26,558 nucleotides of DNA, from positions 1 to 26,558 of the forward strand of contig NZ_JAVZIN010000013.1 of the NCBI RefSeq assembly GCF_038871235.1. Direction: 5' to 3'. The stretch is from Candidatus Hadarchaeum sp. (GTDB lineage Archaea; Hadarchaeota; Hadarchaeia; Hadarchaeales; Hadarchaeaceae). The notes beneath the pieces were generated by a model. It searched no databases. It saw nothing but the letters and a program-made list of their open reading frames with translations, and was not told the DNA's origin. Made by a program: the position numbers and the translations under genes. Of this stretch, positions 1-8,111 are shown one piece after another (the first letter of the stretch is position 1; each line of letters opens with the position of its first letter).

Positions 1-393
1 CTGCTAAAGGAGTGGACTAAAGGGTGGGGAAAGGAATGGAGTAGAGAGATCATTAGCGCATACTCCCGCCAGCAGGGGGAGGCCTACCTAGCCCAAGACG
101 GTGGCAAAATCGTCGGGACCATCCTGCTGAGAAAAGAGGTCCGGGCGCTCGTCATCTATTTTCTCGTGGTCAAGAAAGAGGAGCGGCTGAAAAACATCGG
201 CAGCTCGCTGGTGAAGTTCGCTGAAGGAATTGCCAGAAGAGAAAAGAGAATCCTGCGGGTTGATGTGGCTAGGGAGTTCGAGGGAAATACCAGGTTTTAC
301 CTCAAGCTCGGTTTCAAAAAGTGTGGCCGGGTGAGGAACTTTTACCAGCAGGGCGACGAGCAAATCTTCCTCTACAAAGTGCCTAGTAAATAA
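1..393 (+). CDS. GNAT family N-acetyltransferase (5'-truncated by window edge)
   Basis: Frame 1 is open from base 1 to TAA at 391-393. It reads ...AYLAQDGGKIVGTILL...YFLVVKKEERLKNIGSSLV...FYLKLGFKKCGRVRNFY, matching GNAT motif A and the FY-x-K-LGF motif B of RimI-like proteins. Confidence 0.8.
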   Translation: MLKEWTKGWGKEWSREIISAYSRQQGEAYLAQDGGKIVGTILLRKEVRALVIYFLVVKKEERLKNIGSSLVKFAEGIARREKRILRVDVAREFEGNTRFYLKLGFKKCGRVRNFYQQGDEQIFLYKVPSK

Positions 394-1606
394 TCCCGAG
401 CACCGAGTCCATCCTCTTAATCGTCTCAATTGCTCTCCGCGCGTTGCCAGCACCTAGCCTACCTTTTTTCAACAGCTTCTCCAGATCTCGAACCAGCGAG
501 CAAAGCGAATCCATGGCCGCCGGGGTGTCGATGTCGTTGTTGATGTGGAAGGTGAAATCCGATAGGGCCTTTTCAATGAGCCTGTCGGCGACTTTGCTGT
601 CTTCTCCGGCTCTCACGCGCCTCAGGCCTTTAATCAGCGCCTTGCATCTGGAGATTTCCCGGCTAACTCTGCGCAGCTCCTTCAGGGTAAAGTTCAACCG
701 CCTCCGATAGTGCTGGGTGAGCAGGAACGCCCTGATGGCATCATACCCATAGTCCCTCCGCCTCAACTCCTCAACGGTGTAAAGCCGGCCCGCCGACTTG
801 CTCATCTTCCTTCCGTAGGCCATCAGGTGGCGGACGTGCATCCAGTACCTGGCCGGAATCTTCCCCGTAGCCCCGGCGCTCTGGGCGATCTCGTTCTCGT
901 GGTGGGAGAAGACGTTGTCGATGCCGCCCATGTGAATGTCGAAGGGAATACCCAAATAGCGGATGCTCATGGCGCTGCACTCGATGTGCCAACCCGGTCT
1001 GCCCTTACCCAGCTCGGTCACCCAGAAGATGTCACCGTCGCTTTTTCGCCACGCCTTCCAGAGGATGAAATCGCCGGCCTCAGACTGGAAGTAATCGTCC
1101 TTGTAAATCCTCCTGCCAAGAATGCCCCTGAACCTGTAGTGGGAGATCATACCATAACGTGGAAATCGGGAGACATCGAAGAAAATGTTTCCCCTCTCGT
1201 CGCGGTAGGCCAGCCCTTTCTTCATCAGCCTCTTGATCAGTTCAACCATAGGCTCGATATTCTCGGTGGCCCTCGGGTAGTGATCAGCAGGTATCAGTTT
1301 CAACCTGCGTGACTCCTCAAGAAACCTTCGCTCATTTTTACTCGCTATCTCCCTCAGCATTTTCATGCTGCCCTTAGCAGCTCGCACCATTTTGTCCTCG
1401 ATATCGGTAATGTTCATCACGTGGATCACCCGGTAGCCGTTGAAAAGCAGGACTCTCTTGACCACATCCTCAACCACATAGGTGCGGAAATTTCCGAGAT
1501 GGGGCGCGGAGTAAACGCTGGGACCACAGGTGTAGATGCGGACCTCACCCTTTCTGAGAGGAGCAAACTTCCTGACCTTCCCGGAAAGCGTGTCGTAGAC
1601 CAGCAT
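383..1606 (-). CDS. cysS: Cysteine--tRNA ligase or CysRS-like paralogue lacking the C-terminal anticodon-binding domain
   Basis: Has CGPSVY..HLGN (HIGH), GRPGWHIECSAM, HHENEIAQS and KMSKS. Likely start is ATG 1606 (MLVYDTLSG), with TTG 1618 as an alternative. Ends at ...DSVLGIIY. Confidence 0.85.
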   Translation of the reverse strand: MLVYDTLSGKVRKFAPLRKGEVRIYTCGPSVYSAPHLGNFRTYVVEDVVKRVLLFNGYRVIHVMNITDIEDKMVRAAKGSMKMLREIASKNERRFLEESRRLKLIPADHYPRATENIEPMVELIKRLMKKGLAYRDERGNIFFDVSRFPRYGMISHYRFRGILGRRIYKDDYFQSEAGDFILWKAWRKSDGDIFWVTELGKGRPGWHIECSAMSIRYLGIPFDIHMGGIDNVFSHHENEIAQSAGATGKIPARYWMHVRHLMAYGRKMSKSAGRLYTVEELRRRDYGYDAIRAFLLTQHYRRRLNFTLKELRRVSREISRCKALIKGLRRVRAGEDSKVADRLIEKALSDFTFHINNDIDTPAAMDSLCSLVRDLEKLLKKGRLGAGNARRAIETIKRMDSVLGIIY

Positions 1607-1666
1607 GTTTTCAAACAATCAAGGAACTCTTGACTTTTAATCCCAAGCCCTCAATTTTAACTCAAA

Positions 1667-1744
1667 TGGTGCTCCGGCCGGGATTTGAACCCGGGGCGCA
1701 GGCTCGAGAGGCCTGCATGTTTGACCGGCCTACACCACCGGAGC
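1667..1744 (-). tRNA. tRNA-Glu (anticodon CTC), CCA encoded, no intron
   Basis: Reverse complement is GCTCCGGTGGTGTAGGCCGGTCAAACATGCAGGCCTCTCGAGCCTGCGCCCCGGGTTCAAATCCCGGCCGGAGCACCA. Acceptor stem GCTCCGG/CCGGAGC, anticodon arm CAGGC-CTCTCGA-GCCTG, T-loop TTCAAAT. Confidence 0.97.
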
Positions 1745-1766
1745 ACCAAGATTACACTTTTTTTCA

Positions 1767-1783
1767 ATTGTTAAACTTTTTCT
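1767..1783 (-). promoter_or_regulatory. BRE/TATA promoter of tRNA-Glu
   Basis: Minus strand reads AGAAAAAGTTTAACAAT, a purine-rich BRE plus TATA-like box about 25-30 nt upstream of the mature tRNA 5' end. Confidence 0.55.
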
Positions 1784-1869
1784 ACCTAACAATAAGCGGC
1801 TTAATTCCTCTTTCCCAGCACGACAACAAAGAATGAAAAGCCAGAGAGCTAAGCTTGAAAAGGTGGAAC

Positions 1870-3414
1870 ATGAACAAAATTGGCACGGCCGCGATAGCTA
1901 TCGTTCTAGCAATCGCTATCTATTGGTCATTTTTTATCTTGCCGCCATCATTCGAGATCAGCGGCCTAGAAATAACACCTGCTGAAGCTGGACCGGGAGA
2001 GATGATTACCATATCTTTGGTGATCAATAACCGCGGGCTGATGTCCGGCGTGTACTCAGCCGACCTTTGGAGCGATAACGAGTTATTGGAATCCAGGACA
2101 ATTGAGGTCGCCGGAGGAGAGGTGAAATGGATATCTTTTACCATCACTCGAGAACTGCCGGGGACCTACCTTCTCAGAATCGGCAGTTTAGTGGGTGAGT
2201 TAAAAATCCTGCGCCCGCCTCAATTTGAAATCACCAATCTGAAGGTTGAGCCCCTAGAGGCAATAGCGGGAGAGAACATCACAGTCACGGCAACGGTGAA
2301 AAATCTGGGAGAAATGGAGGGAACTTACCTCGCCACCCTTACTATAAACGGCACTGTTCTTGAGTCGAAATCCATTACGTTGCCGGGCGGGCTCGCGGAA
2401 ACGGTCACGTTCACCTTCGCCGAAGACCCGGGAGTTTATTTAATCGATGTCGGTGGTCAGACCACCACCGTCACGGTGAAGCCCACCGTGATCTTGATTC
2501 AGCAGGAAACTGAAATCACCTCGGCTGAAAACATCATGCTGCATTTTGAGTGGAAATATAAAACCTGGGAGCTGAAATGGGATTTCTCCATTTCCAAAGA
2601 ACTTTATGATTACTACCGGAGCAGACCGAGGCCGCCAACGGGAAACTACTCGGTGTACGTCACCGACCCTAAGGACGACAACCTTCTCAAGGAGCTAGTG
2701 ATAAAATTCGGCGAAATCGTCTCAAAGTACAATTTTACCGAAACGGAGAAGATCAACTCCATGATCGCTTTCGTGCAGAGCTTGCCCTACACCCCGGACG
2801 AAATCTCCACCCCATACGACGAGTACCCCAGATATCCGCTTGAAACGCTGGTTGACGATGGCGGCGACTGCGAGGACTCATCCATCCTGCTGGCAGCGCT
2901 TCTCAACGCGATGGGTTACGATGTCGTTTTAATTGAGCTGAAGGACCACATGGGTGTTGGAATTTCAGGGGCCTTCTCTGGTTTTTACTACGAATTGGAG
3001 GGAACGAAATACTTCTACATTGAAACCACCGGCACGGGGTGGAAAATCGGGGAGCTGCCCGCTGAGTTCAGGGGCGCCAAGGCCACCTTGTATCCCATCG
3101 AGCCGATCCCGGTTTTAACCCACTCCTGGAAGGCAGAGCAGATAAGTTACCAAGTGCTTGAGCTCACGGTCACGGTGAAGAACGAGGGGACCGCAACCGC
3201 TGAAAACATCTACGTCTACGCCGGGTTCGACGCCGGCGGAGACATGGTGTGGAATCCCCAGAAGAGCGAAAGCTTTTCCCTGCCGCCTAATTCCGAGGCC
3301 CGCGTGACCCTACGGCTCACCATCCCTAAGGACAAGTATACGAGATTGATCGTCCAGATTCTCCTTGGAAACTACGTCACCGACCAGAGCTTCTCAGATT
3401 GGTTCAAGACCTAG
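1870..3414 (+). CDS. Membrane-anchored surface protein with CARDB/Ig-like repeats and a transglutaminase-like Cys-protease domain
   Basis: N-terminal hydrophobic helix, then two homologous repeats (PPSFEISGLEITP... and PPQFEITNLKVEP...). Catalytic-type motifs YPRYPLETL..GGDCEDSSILLAALL, DHMGVG and YIETT follow, then a C-terminal TVTVKNEG Ig-like domain. ATG 1870 follows the SD AGGTGG. Confidence 0.75.
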   Translation: MNKIGTAAIAIVLAIAIYWSFFILPPSFEISGLEITPAEAGPGEMITISLVINNRGLMSGVYSADLWSDNELLESRTIEVAGGEVKWISFTITRELPGTYLLRIGSLVGELKILRPPQFEITNLKVEPLEAIAGENITVTATVKNLGEMEGTYLATLTINGTVLESKSITLPGGLAETVTFTFAEDPGVYLIDVGGQTTTVTVKPTVILIQQETEITSAENIMLHFEWKYKTWELKWDFSISKELYDYYRSRPRPPTGNYSVYVTDPKDDNLLKELVIKFGEIVSKYNFTETEKINSMIAFVQSLPYTPDEISTPYDEYPRYPLETLVDDGGDCEDSSILLAALLNAMGYDVVLIELKDHMGVGISGAFSGFYYELEGTKYFYIETTGTGWKIGELPAEFRGAKATLYPIEPIPVLTHSWKAEQISYQVLELTVTVKNEGTATAENIYVYAGFDAGGDMVWNPQKSESFSLPPNSEARVTLRLTIPKDKYTRLIVQILLGNYVTDQSFSDWFKT

Positions 3415-3448
3415 CTCTAAAAACCGACACCTGCTGGTTCTTAGAAAC

Positions 3449-4147
3449 TCACCGCTGCAAGATTTTTTCCAGCTCCGGTCTCTTCCCAGCTTTAGGATAA
3501 AGGGGGCATGATTCATCGTTCTCAGGACACTTGCCAGCCATGACGCAACTCGGGCCCGCGTTCTCGAATATTTTCGGGGCTACCTTCTTCACCAGCTTAA
3601 GCATTTCATAGGCCAGTTCCCGGATCTCCCACTGGGCATGAGTACAGCACCTCAGCTTGAAGAAATTCATCAATGCCCGGGCGTTCATGGTGACGACTAT
3701 GTTTGCCGCGGCGGCGTTGGGGAGCAGGTAGCGCGCGTCCTCAACCGGAATCCCGCGCTCAATCAAGCTCAGGTAATCCCTCCAGGCGGCATCCATCGCA
3801 GCGATGAAGATCTTCTCGGCCTCCCTGTCCTTGGAAATCGTGGGGGGAACAATATAGTTCTTCTCCAGCTTCACCGCCCTCTGGCTCTGCTGGGAATAGC
3901 TAGCGATCCTGTGCCGGACGAGCTCATGGGTGCAGGCCCGGGAAACTCCTTCAACGCTAAAGGTAAAAGAAGCGTGCTCAATTACCGATTCGTGGCCGCG
4001 CTCCACGCAGACCTCCAAGCTCCGCAGCAGCTTGGATCTTTCCTCCTTGACGATTTCATCCGCTGGTTTTGTGGAGCGACAGGAACGGGCGGCTGCACCG
4101 GCAAGGGCATCGGGATCAGGGGTGTGAGCAATCAGCTTTACCTTCAT
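3449..4147 (-). CDS. thyX: FAD-dependent thymidylate synthase
   Basis: GHESVIEH, ThyX signature RHRIASYSQQSQR, EDARYLLP and HAQWEIR. Confidence 0.96.
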   Translation of the reverse strand: MKVKLIAHTPDPDALAGAAARSCRSTKPADEIVKEERSKLLRSLEVCVERGHESVIEHASFTFSVEGVSRACTHELVRHRIASYSQQSQRAVKLEKNYIVPPTISKDREAEKIFIAAMDAAWRDYLSLIERGIPVEDARYLLPNAAAANIVVTMNARALMNFFKLRCCTHAQWEIRELAYEMLKLVKKVAPKIFENAGPSCVMAGKCPENDESCPLYPKAGKRPELEKILQR

Positions 4148-4761
4148 GGGCTTTCCTCAATCTCAATAAGGGTGGCGAGATCCTTATCAGCGTAGAGTTT
4201 AGGCAGTGCCGGCTCGGTGCTGCCCGAATACTTCCCCTGATAGGGTTTTTCCGGCGGCGTCTCGGTCCTGAAGAAGACCATCTGGCCGATCCTAAGTCCT
4301 ACAGGCAGATAGTAGGGAACCGGAAGGTGATTGGTGATTTCAATCGTCCAGACGCCGTCAAAGCCCACGTCCCCCCAGCCAGCCCCTCTGACAATGTCTA
4401 TCCCCGTCCTTGCCAGCGAGGACCTGCAGCGGATCGAGGCGACGATGTCCTTTTTAGTCCCGACCCTCTCCAGCGTCGAGGCAATGACGAACCCATGAGG
4501 GGGCAGCCTGATGAACTTTCCTCGGACGATCTTCTTGCCCACGCGCAAAGTGGTCTCCTGGGCCTCGTTTCTCACGTAAGCCATGTCGACGGATTCCTTG
4601 ATGAAGGGGAAGAAGCCATCGATGTTGTTGTTGAAGGTGTAGAAGATCGGGCCGATGGAAAGATCATATCCGTTGGGCTGGAGCTTTCTCCGGTCAAATG
4701 GTTCTATGATGATGTTCCCCGCTGACATCTCCCTGAGGATGTCGCAATCTGAGAGCGGCAG
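4144..4761 (-). CDS. dcd: dCTP deaminase
   Basis: LQPNGYDL, RSSLARTG, GWGDVGFDG..TIEI, RIGQMVF and YQGKY. The conserved N-terminus (xLSD.DI) needs a start at CTG 4761, while the first ATG is at 4728. Confidence 0.9.
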   Translation of the reverse strand: MPLSDCDILREMSAGNIIIEPFDRRKLQPNGYDLSIGPIFYTFNNNIDGFFPFIKESVDMAYVRNEAQETTLRVGKKIVRGKFIRLPPHGFVIASTLERVGTKKDIVASIRCRSSLARTGIDIVRGAGWGDVGFDGVWTIEITNHLPVPYYLPVGLRIGQMVFFRTETPPEKPYQGKYSGSTEPALPKLYADKDLATLIEIEESP

Positions 4762-4771
4762 TGTCTCACCT

Positions 4772-5479
4772 CTAAATGTTCCTTACCTCAAAGCTTTTGA
4801 ACATTCCGCTTATCGCCTTTCGCGTCCTTTCGACGGCCTCACGGGGCCAAGGTGCCATCTGCTCAAACCGCGGGTCGACAGTGGAGTGAGGGGCAAACTG
4901 CTGAATCGCGTATCTTCTCGCCCCCCTCAGATAGGTGGCTATCTTGACAACATCGTCAGGCGAAAGCAGTTCGGGGACGAGGGTGGTCCTGAACTCATAA
5001 TCCACCGGGGAATTTCTGATCAGCTCAATGCTCTCGAGCACCCTCTCAAAAACAGCGCTATCGTCCACACCGGTCAACTCCCGGTAACGCTCCGGTGTTA
5101 ATGGGGCCTTGACGTCCATTGAGATGTAGTCAATCAGCCCGGAATTGATCAGGTCATCCAAAACTCTAGGATCGGAGCCGTTGGTTGCGACCGAAACTTG
5201 GAGCCCCTTCTCCTTTACCCGCCCGCAGAAATCTTTCAAATCAGGCTGTAGGGTCGGCTCCCCGCCGGTGATGGCTATCCCGTCCAGCCACTTTCGGCGC
5301 TTCTCCACCGCGGCGAAGATATCCTCCTCGGTGATCACGGGCATTGACTCCGGTCTGAGCACCAGGTCCCGATTCTGACACCAGGGGCACCTAAAGTTAC
5401 AACCGCCGGTGAAGACCACGGCAACGGCTTTGCCCGGAACCTCATTGAAGGAGATAGTAATCAACCCGTTGACTCTCGT
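4772..5479 (-). CDS. nrdG: Anaerobic ribonucleotide reductase activating protein (radical SAM)
   Basis: VFTGGCNFRCPWCQN, ITGGEPTLQ and YEFRTT, directly downstream of nrdD. Start is uncertain: ACG 5479 behind an SD, or TTG 5464. The ORF-track start at 5587 overlaps nrdD. Confidence 0.9.
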   Translation of the reverse strand, partial: TRVNGLITISFNEVPGKAVAVVFTGGCNFRCPWCQNRDLVLRPESMPVITEEDIFAAVEKRRKWLDGIAITGGEPTLQPDLKDFCGRVKEKGLQVSVATNGSDPRVLDDLINSGLIDYISMDVKAPLTPERYRELTGVDDSAVFERVLESIELIRNSPVDYEFRTTLVPELLSPDDVVKIATYLRGARRYAIQQFAPHSTVDPRFEQMAPWPREAVERTRKAISGMFKSFEVRNI

Positions 5480-5510
5480 GGTCTCACTTCCACCGGTAGT
5501 TATTATCGAT

Positions 5511-7556
5511 CTACCCGAAATACTTGCGCTGCCGGAACTCTTCCCGCTTACCGTCGCTCCAGTTGGCCACCGGGCGCAGGTAGCCAACCACGCGGGAGTA
5601 GACCTCGGTCTGCTTGCCGCACTGTGGACAGACCTTGTGCTCGCCCGGGAAGTAGCTGTGGTCCGGGCAAATGCTGAAGGTCGGTGTCAAGGTGAAATAG
5701 GGAAGGCGTGAGTTATTTGTCATCCGTTGAAGTAGCAGTTTCGCAGCCGAGCCCTGAATCCTTTCCCCGAGCCAGGTGTGAAACACGGTGCCGCCGGTGT
5801 AAAGCGTCTGAAGGTCCTCCTGATGCTCCAAGGCTTCCACCAAGTCAAGGCCGGAGTTGACGGGCAGCTGGCTTGAGTTGGTGTAGTAAGGCACCCTCTC
5901 ACCGGCAGTGATGATGTCCGGATATTTTCTCTTGTCAATCAGCGCCAGCCGGTAGCTGGTGCCCTCAGCCGGCGTGGCCTCAAGGTTATAGAGGTGACCC
6001 GTCTCCTCCTGGAACTCAACCAAACGCTGTCGCATGTGTTTCAGGACCCTGATGGCAAACTCCTTACCCTGATCTGTGGTGATATCCTGATCAAACAGGT
6101 TCAACAGGGCCTCATTCATTCCCACCAGACCGATAGTCGAGAAGTGCTGGTTCAGGTTGCCCAGATACCGCTTGGTGAAGGGAAGCAACCCGTTGTTCAT
6201 GTTCTTTTCCACGATCTCCCTCTTGATCTCGAGCGAGCGCTTGGCCAGCTCCATTATCTGATCCAGCCTCTCGAAGAACTCGTCCTCGTTCTTGGAGAGA
6301 TATCCCAGCCGGGGCATATTTATCGTGACCACGCCCATTGATCCCGTTGAGTCTCCAGCCCCGAAGAGACCTCCTGACATCTTGTTCCGGAGTTCCCTCA
6401 AATCAAGCCTAAGTCGGCAGCACATGCTGCGAACGTCGCTGGGTCTAAGATCGGAGTTGACGAAGTTCTGGAAGTAGGGCTGTCCGTACTTCGCCGTGGC
6501 CTCAAAGAGGATATCGGAAAGCGGGCTATCCCACTCGAAATCCTTGGTTATTGAGTAAGTGGGGATGGGGAAGGTGAAGGGACGCCCACTCATGTCGCCC
6601 TCAGAAAGAACCTCGATGAAGGCCCGGTTGATCATTTCCATCTCCTCAGTGAACTCTCCGTAGGTTCTGTCCAGCGGTTTACCGCCGACGATGGCTGGCT
6701 TGTTCACGAGGTCCGGTGGAACATTCAGATCAAGTGTCACGTTCGTGAAGGGGCACTGGCCGCCAAAGCGAGAGGTGACGTTCAGGTTAAAGACAAACTC
6801 CTGGATGGCCTGTTTCACCTCACCGTAGTCCATCTTATCCGCCCAAACGAATGGTGCCAAAAGAGTGTCGATCGAGTTGAAGGCCATCGCCCCGGCCCAC
6901 TCGTTGGACAGCGTGCCCATGAAGTTGACCATCTGCAAGAGCGCTGTGGTCAGGTGTTTTGGTGGGTTGGAGCCTATCCTGTTGGGAACACCGTTAAATC
7001 CCTCGACCAAAAGTTGCTGCAGCGACCAGCCAGCGCAGTAGCCGCAGATGCCACGACCCAAGTCATGAATGTGGAAATCACCATTGCTGTGGGCATCAGC
7101 CACCTCCATCGGATAAAGCTTGGAAAGCGTGTAGTTGGCGATTACCGTCGTGGAGATATGCTGTTCCAGACCGCTCAGCGAGAAGTCGATGTTGGCGTTC
7201 TCCCTTACCCTCCAGTCCATGTGTCCTATGTAGCTGTCCACGATGCGTTCGACCTCGAGGGAAGTCGAGCGAAGCTTTCTCAGCTCCTCCTGATGCTTGC
7301 GGTAAAGGATGTAGGCCTTGGCCGTGCGAGCATGACCGCGTTCGATTAAAACCTTCTCGACGATGTTGCCGATTTCCTCCGTGGAAACAATATCACCTTT
7401 ACACTGAGTCTGGATGATGGCAACAACCTCGTTTGCCAGTCTCTTGGCCATTTCACGGTCGCGCCCACCCACTGCCTGCGCCGATCTGAAAATCGATTCA
7501 ACTATCTTCTCCTGATTGAAATCCTCTATACTCCCATCTCTTTTTCTAACTTTCAA
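5511..7556 (-). CDS. nrdD: Class III anaerobic ribonucleoside-triphosphate reductase with N-terminal ATP cone
   Basis: ATP cone (VRKRDG...AKAYILYR), HIHDL, RSMCCRL, EATPAE, Zn site CPDH..CPQC and glycyl-radical loop YSRVVGYLRP. Confidence 0.97.
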   Translation of the reverse strand: MKVRKRDGSIEDFNQEKIVESIFRSAQAVGGRDREMAKRLANEVVAIIQTQCKGDIVSTEEIGNIVEKVLIERGHARTAKAYILYRKHQEELRKLRSTSLEVERIVDSYIGHMDWRVRENANIDFSLSGLEQHISTTVIANYTLSKLYPMEVADAHSNGDFHIHDLGRGICGYCAGWSLQQLLVEGFNGVPNRIGSNPPKHLTTALLQMVNFMGTLSNEWAGAMAFNSIDTLLAPFVWADKMDYGEVKQAIQEFVFNLNVTSRFGGQCPFTNVTLDLNVPPDLVNKPAIVGGKPLDRTYGEFTEEMEMINRAFIEVLSEGDMSGRPFTFPIPTYSITKDFEWDSPLSDILFEATAKYGQPYFQNFVNSDLRPSDVRSMCCRLRLDLRELRNKMSGGLFGAGDSTGSMGVVTINMPRLGYLSKNEDEFFERLDQIMELAKRSLEIKREIVEKNMNNGLLPFTKRYLGNLNQHFSTIGLVGMNEALLNLFDQDITTDQGKEFAIRVLKHMRQRLVEFQEETGHLYNLEATPAEGTSYRLALIDKRKYPDIITAGERVPYYTNSSQLPVNSGLDLVEALEHQEDLQTLYTGGTVFHTWLGERIQGSAAKLLLQRMTNNSRLPYFTLTPTFSICPDHSYFPGEHKVCPQCGKQTEVYSRVVGYLRPVANWSDGKREEFRQRKYFG

Positions 7557-7584
7557 AATCTCACTTCCTCCTTTACTTCAACGC

Positions 7585-7608
7585 GAAAATCTTTCCGGAC
7601 AGATTTTC
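7585..7608. promoter_or_regulatory. Near-perfect 24-bp palindrome upstream of nrdD (candidate operator or 5'-UTR hairpin)
   Basis: GAAAATCT-T-TCCGGA-C-AGATTTTC, with one mismatched pair, about 30 nt before the nrdD start. Confidence 0.45.
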
Positions 7609-7718
7609 CACTCTGCCCTGGCTGACTTAAAACAATTGGGTGCATCAATTACTTTTCTTCTGCTGACTAAAAAGATTTTCGCTTTTGTGAAAATTTTTCA
7701 TTTCTCTGAACAGACGGC

Positions 7719-8111
7719 CTATCTCTCCATCTCCTCAACCAACTTTTCGACTCTTATTCGAATTAACTCCCTGATCTCCCTGAATTTTTCAATCGATTTT
7801 CCGGCTGGATCCTCAATTCCCCAGTCCTCGGTCGGCACTAACGTTGCCGGACACAGTTCCCCTGAAATGCAACCCATAGTTATCACCCTATCAGCGGCTT
7901 CCAGCATTTCCCGCGTTATCATCTTGGGCTTGGCCGCGCTGATGTCGATGCCCACCTCCCTCATCACTTCAACTGCCATTGGGTTCACTGCAGCGGCGGG
8001 TTTTGTCCCAGCGCTTTCTGCCCTAGCCGACTTGGCCATCTTATTGAAAAAAGCCTCGGCCATCTGGCTTCTGGCCGAATTCTCCACGCAAACGAAAAGT
8101 ACCTTCTTCAT
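7719..8111 (-). CDS. arsC: Arsenate reductase, LMW-PTP/thioredoxin type
   Basis: P-loop CVENSARSQMAE, resolving cysteines in TMGC...CP, and WGIEDP. Start overlaps the upstream stop (ATGA). Confidence 0.88.
   Translation of the reverse strand: MKKVLFVCVENSARSQMAEAFFNKMAKSARAESAGTKPAAAVNPMAVEVMREVGIDISAAKPKMITREMLEAADRVITMGCISGELCPATLVPTEDWGIEDPAGKSIEKFREIRELIRIRVEKLVEEMER

Noticed and set aside
1630-1836. 68-aa ORF containing LRPGFEPG as a second split integrase at tRNA-Glu
   Set aside because: It is just the antisense translation of the tRNA. No recombinase motifs follow, and its sequence differs from the att at 23694.
5480-5587. ORF-track start of nrdG at 5587
   Set aside because: It overlaps the nrdD 3' end and encodes a non-homologous extension. 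Homology and the SD point to 5479 or 5464.
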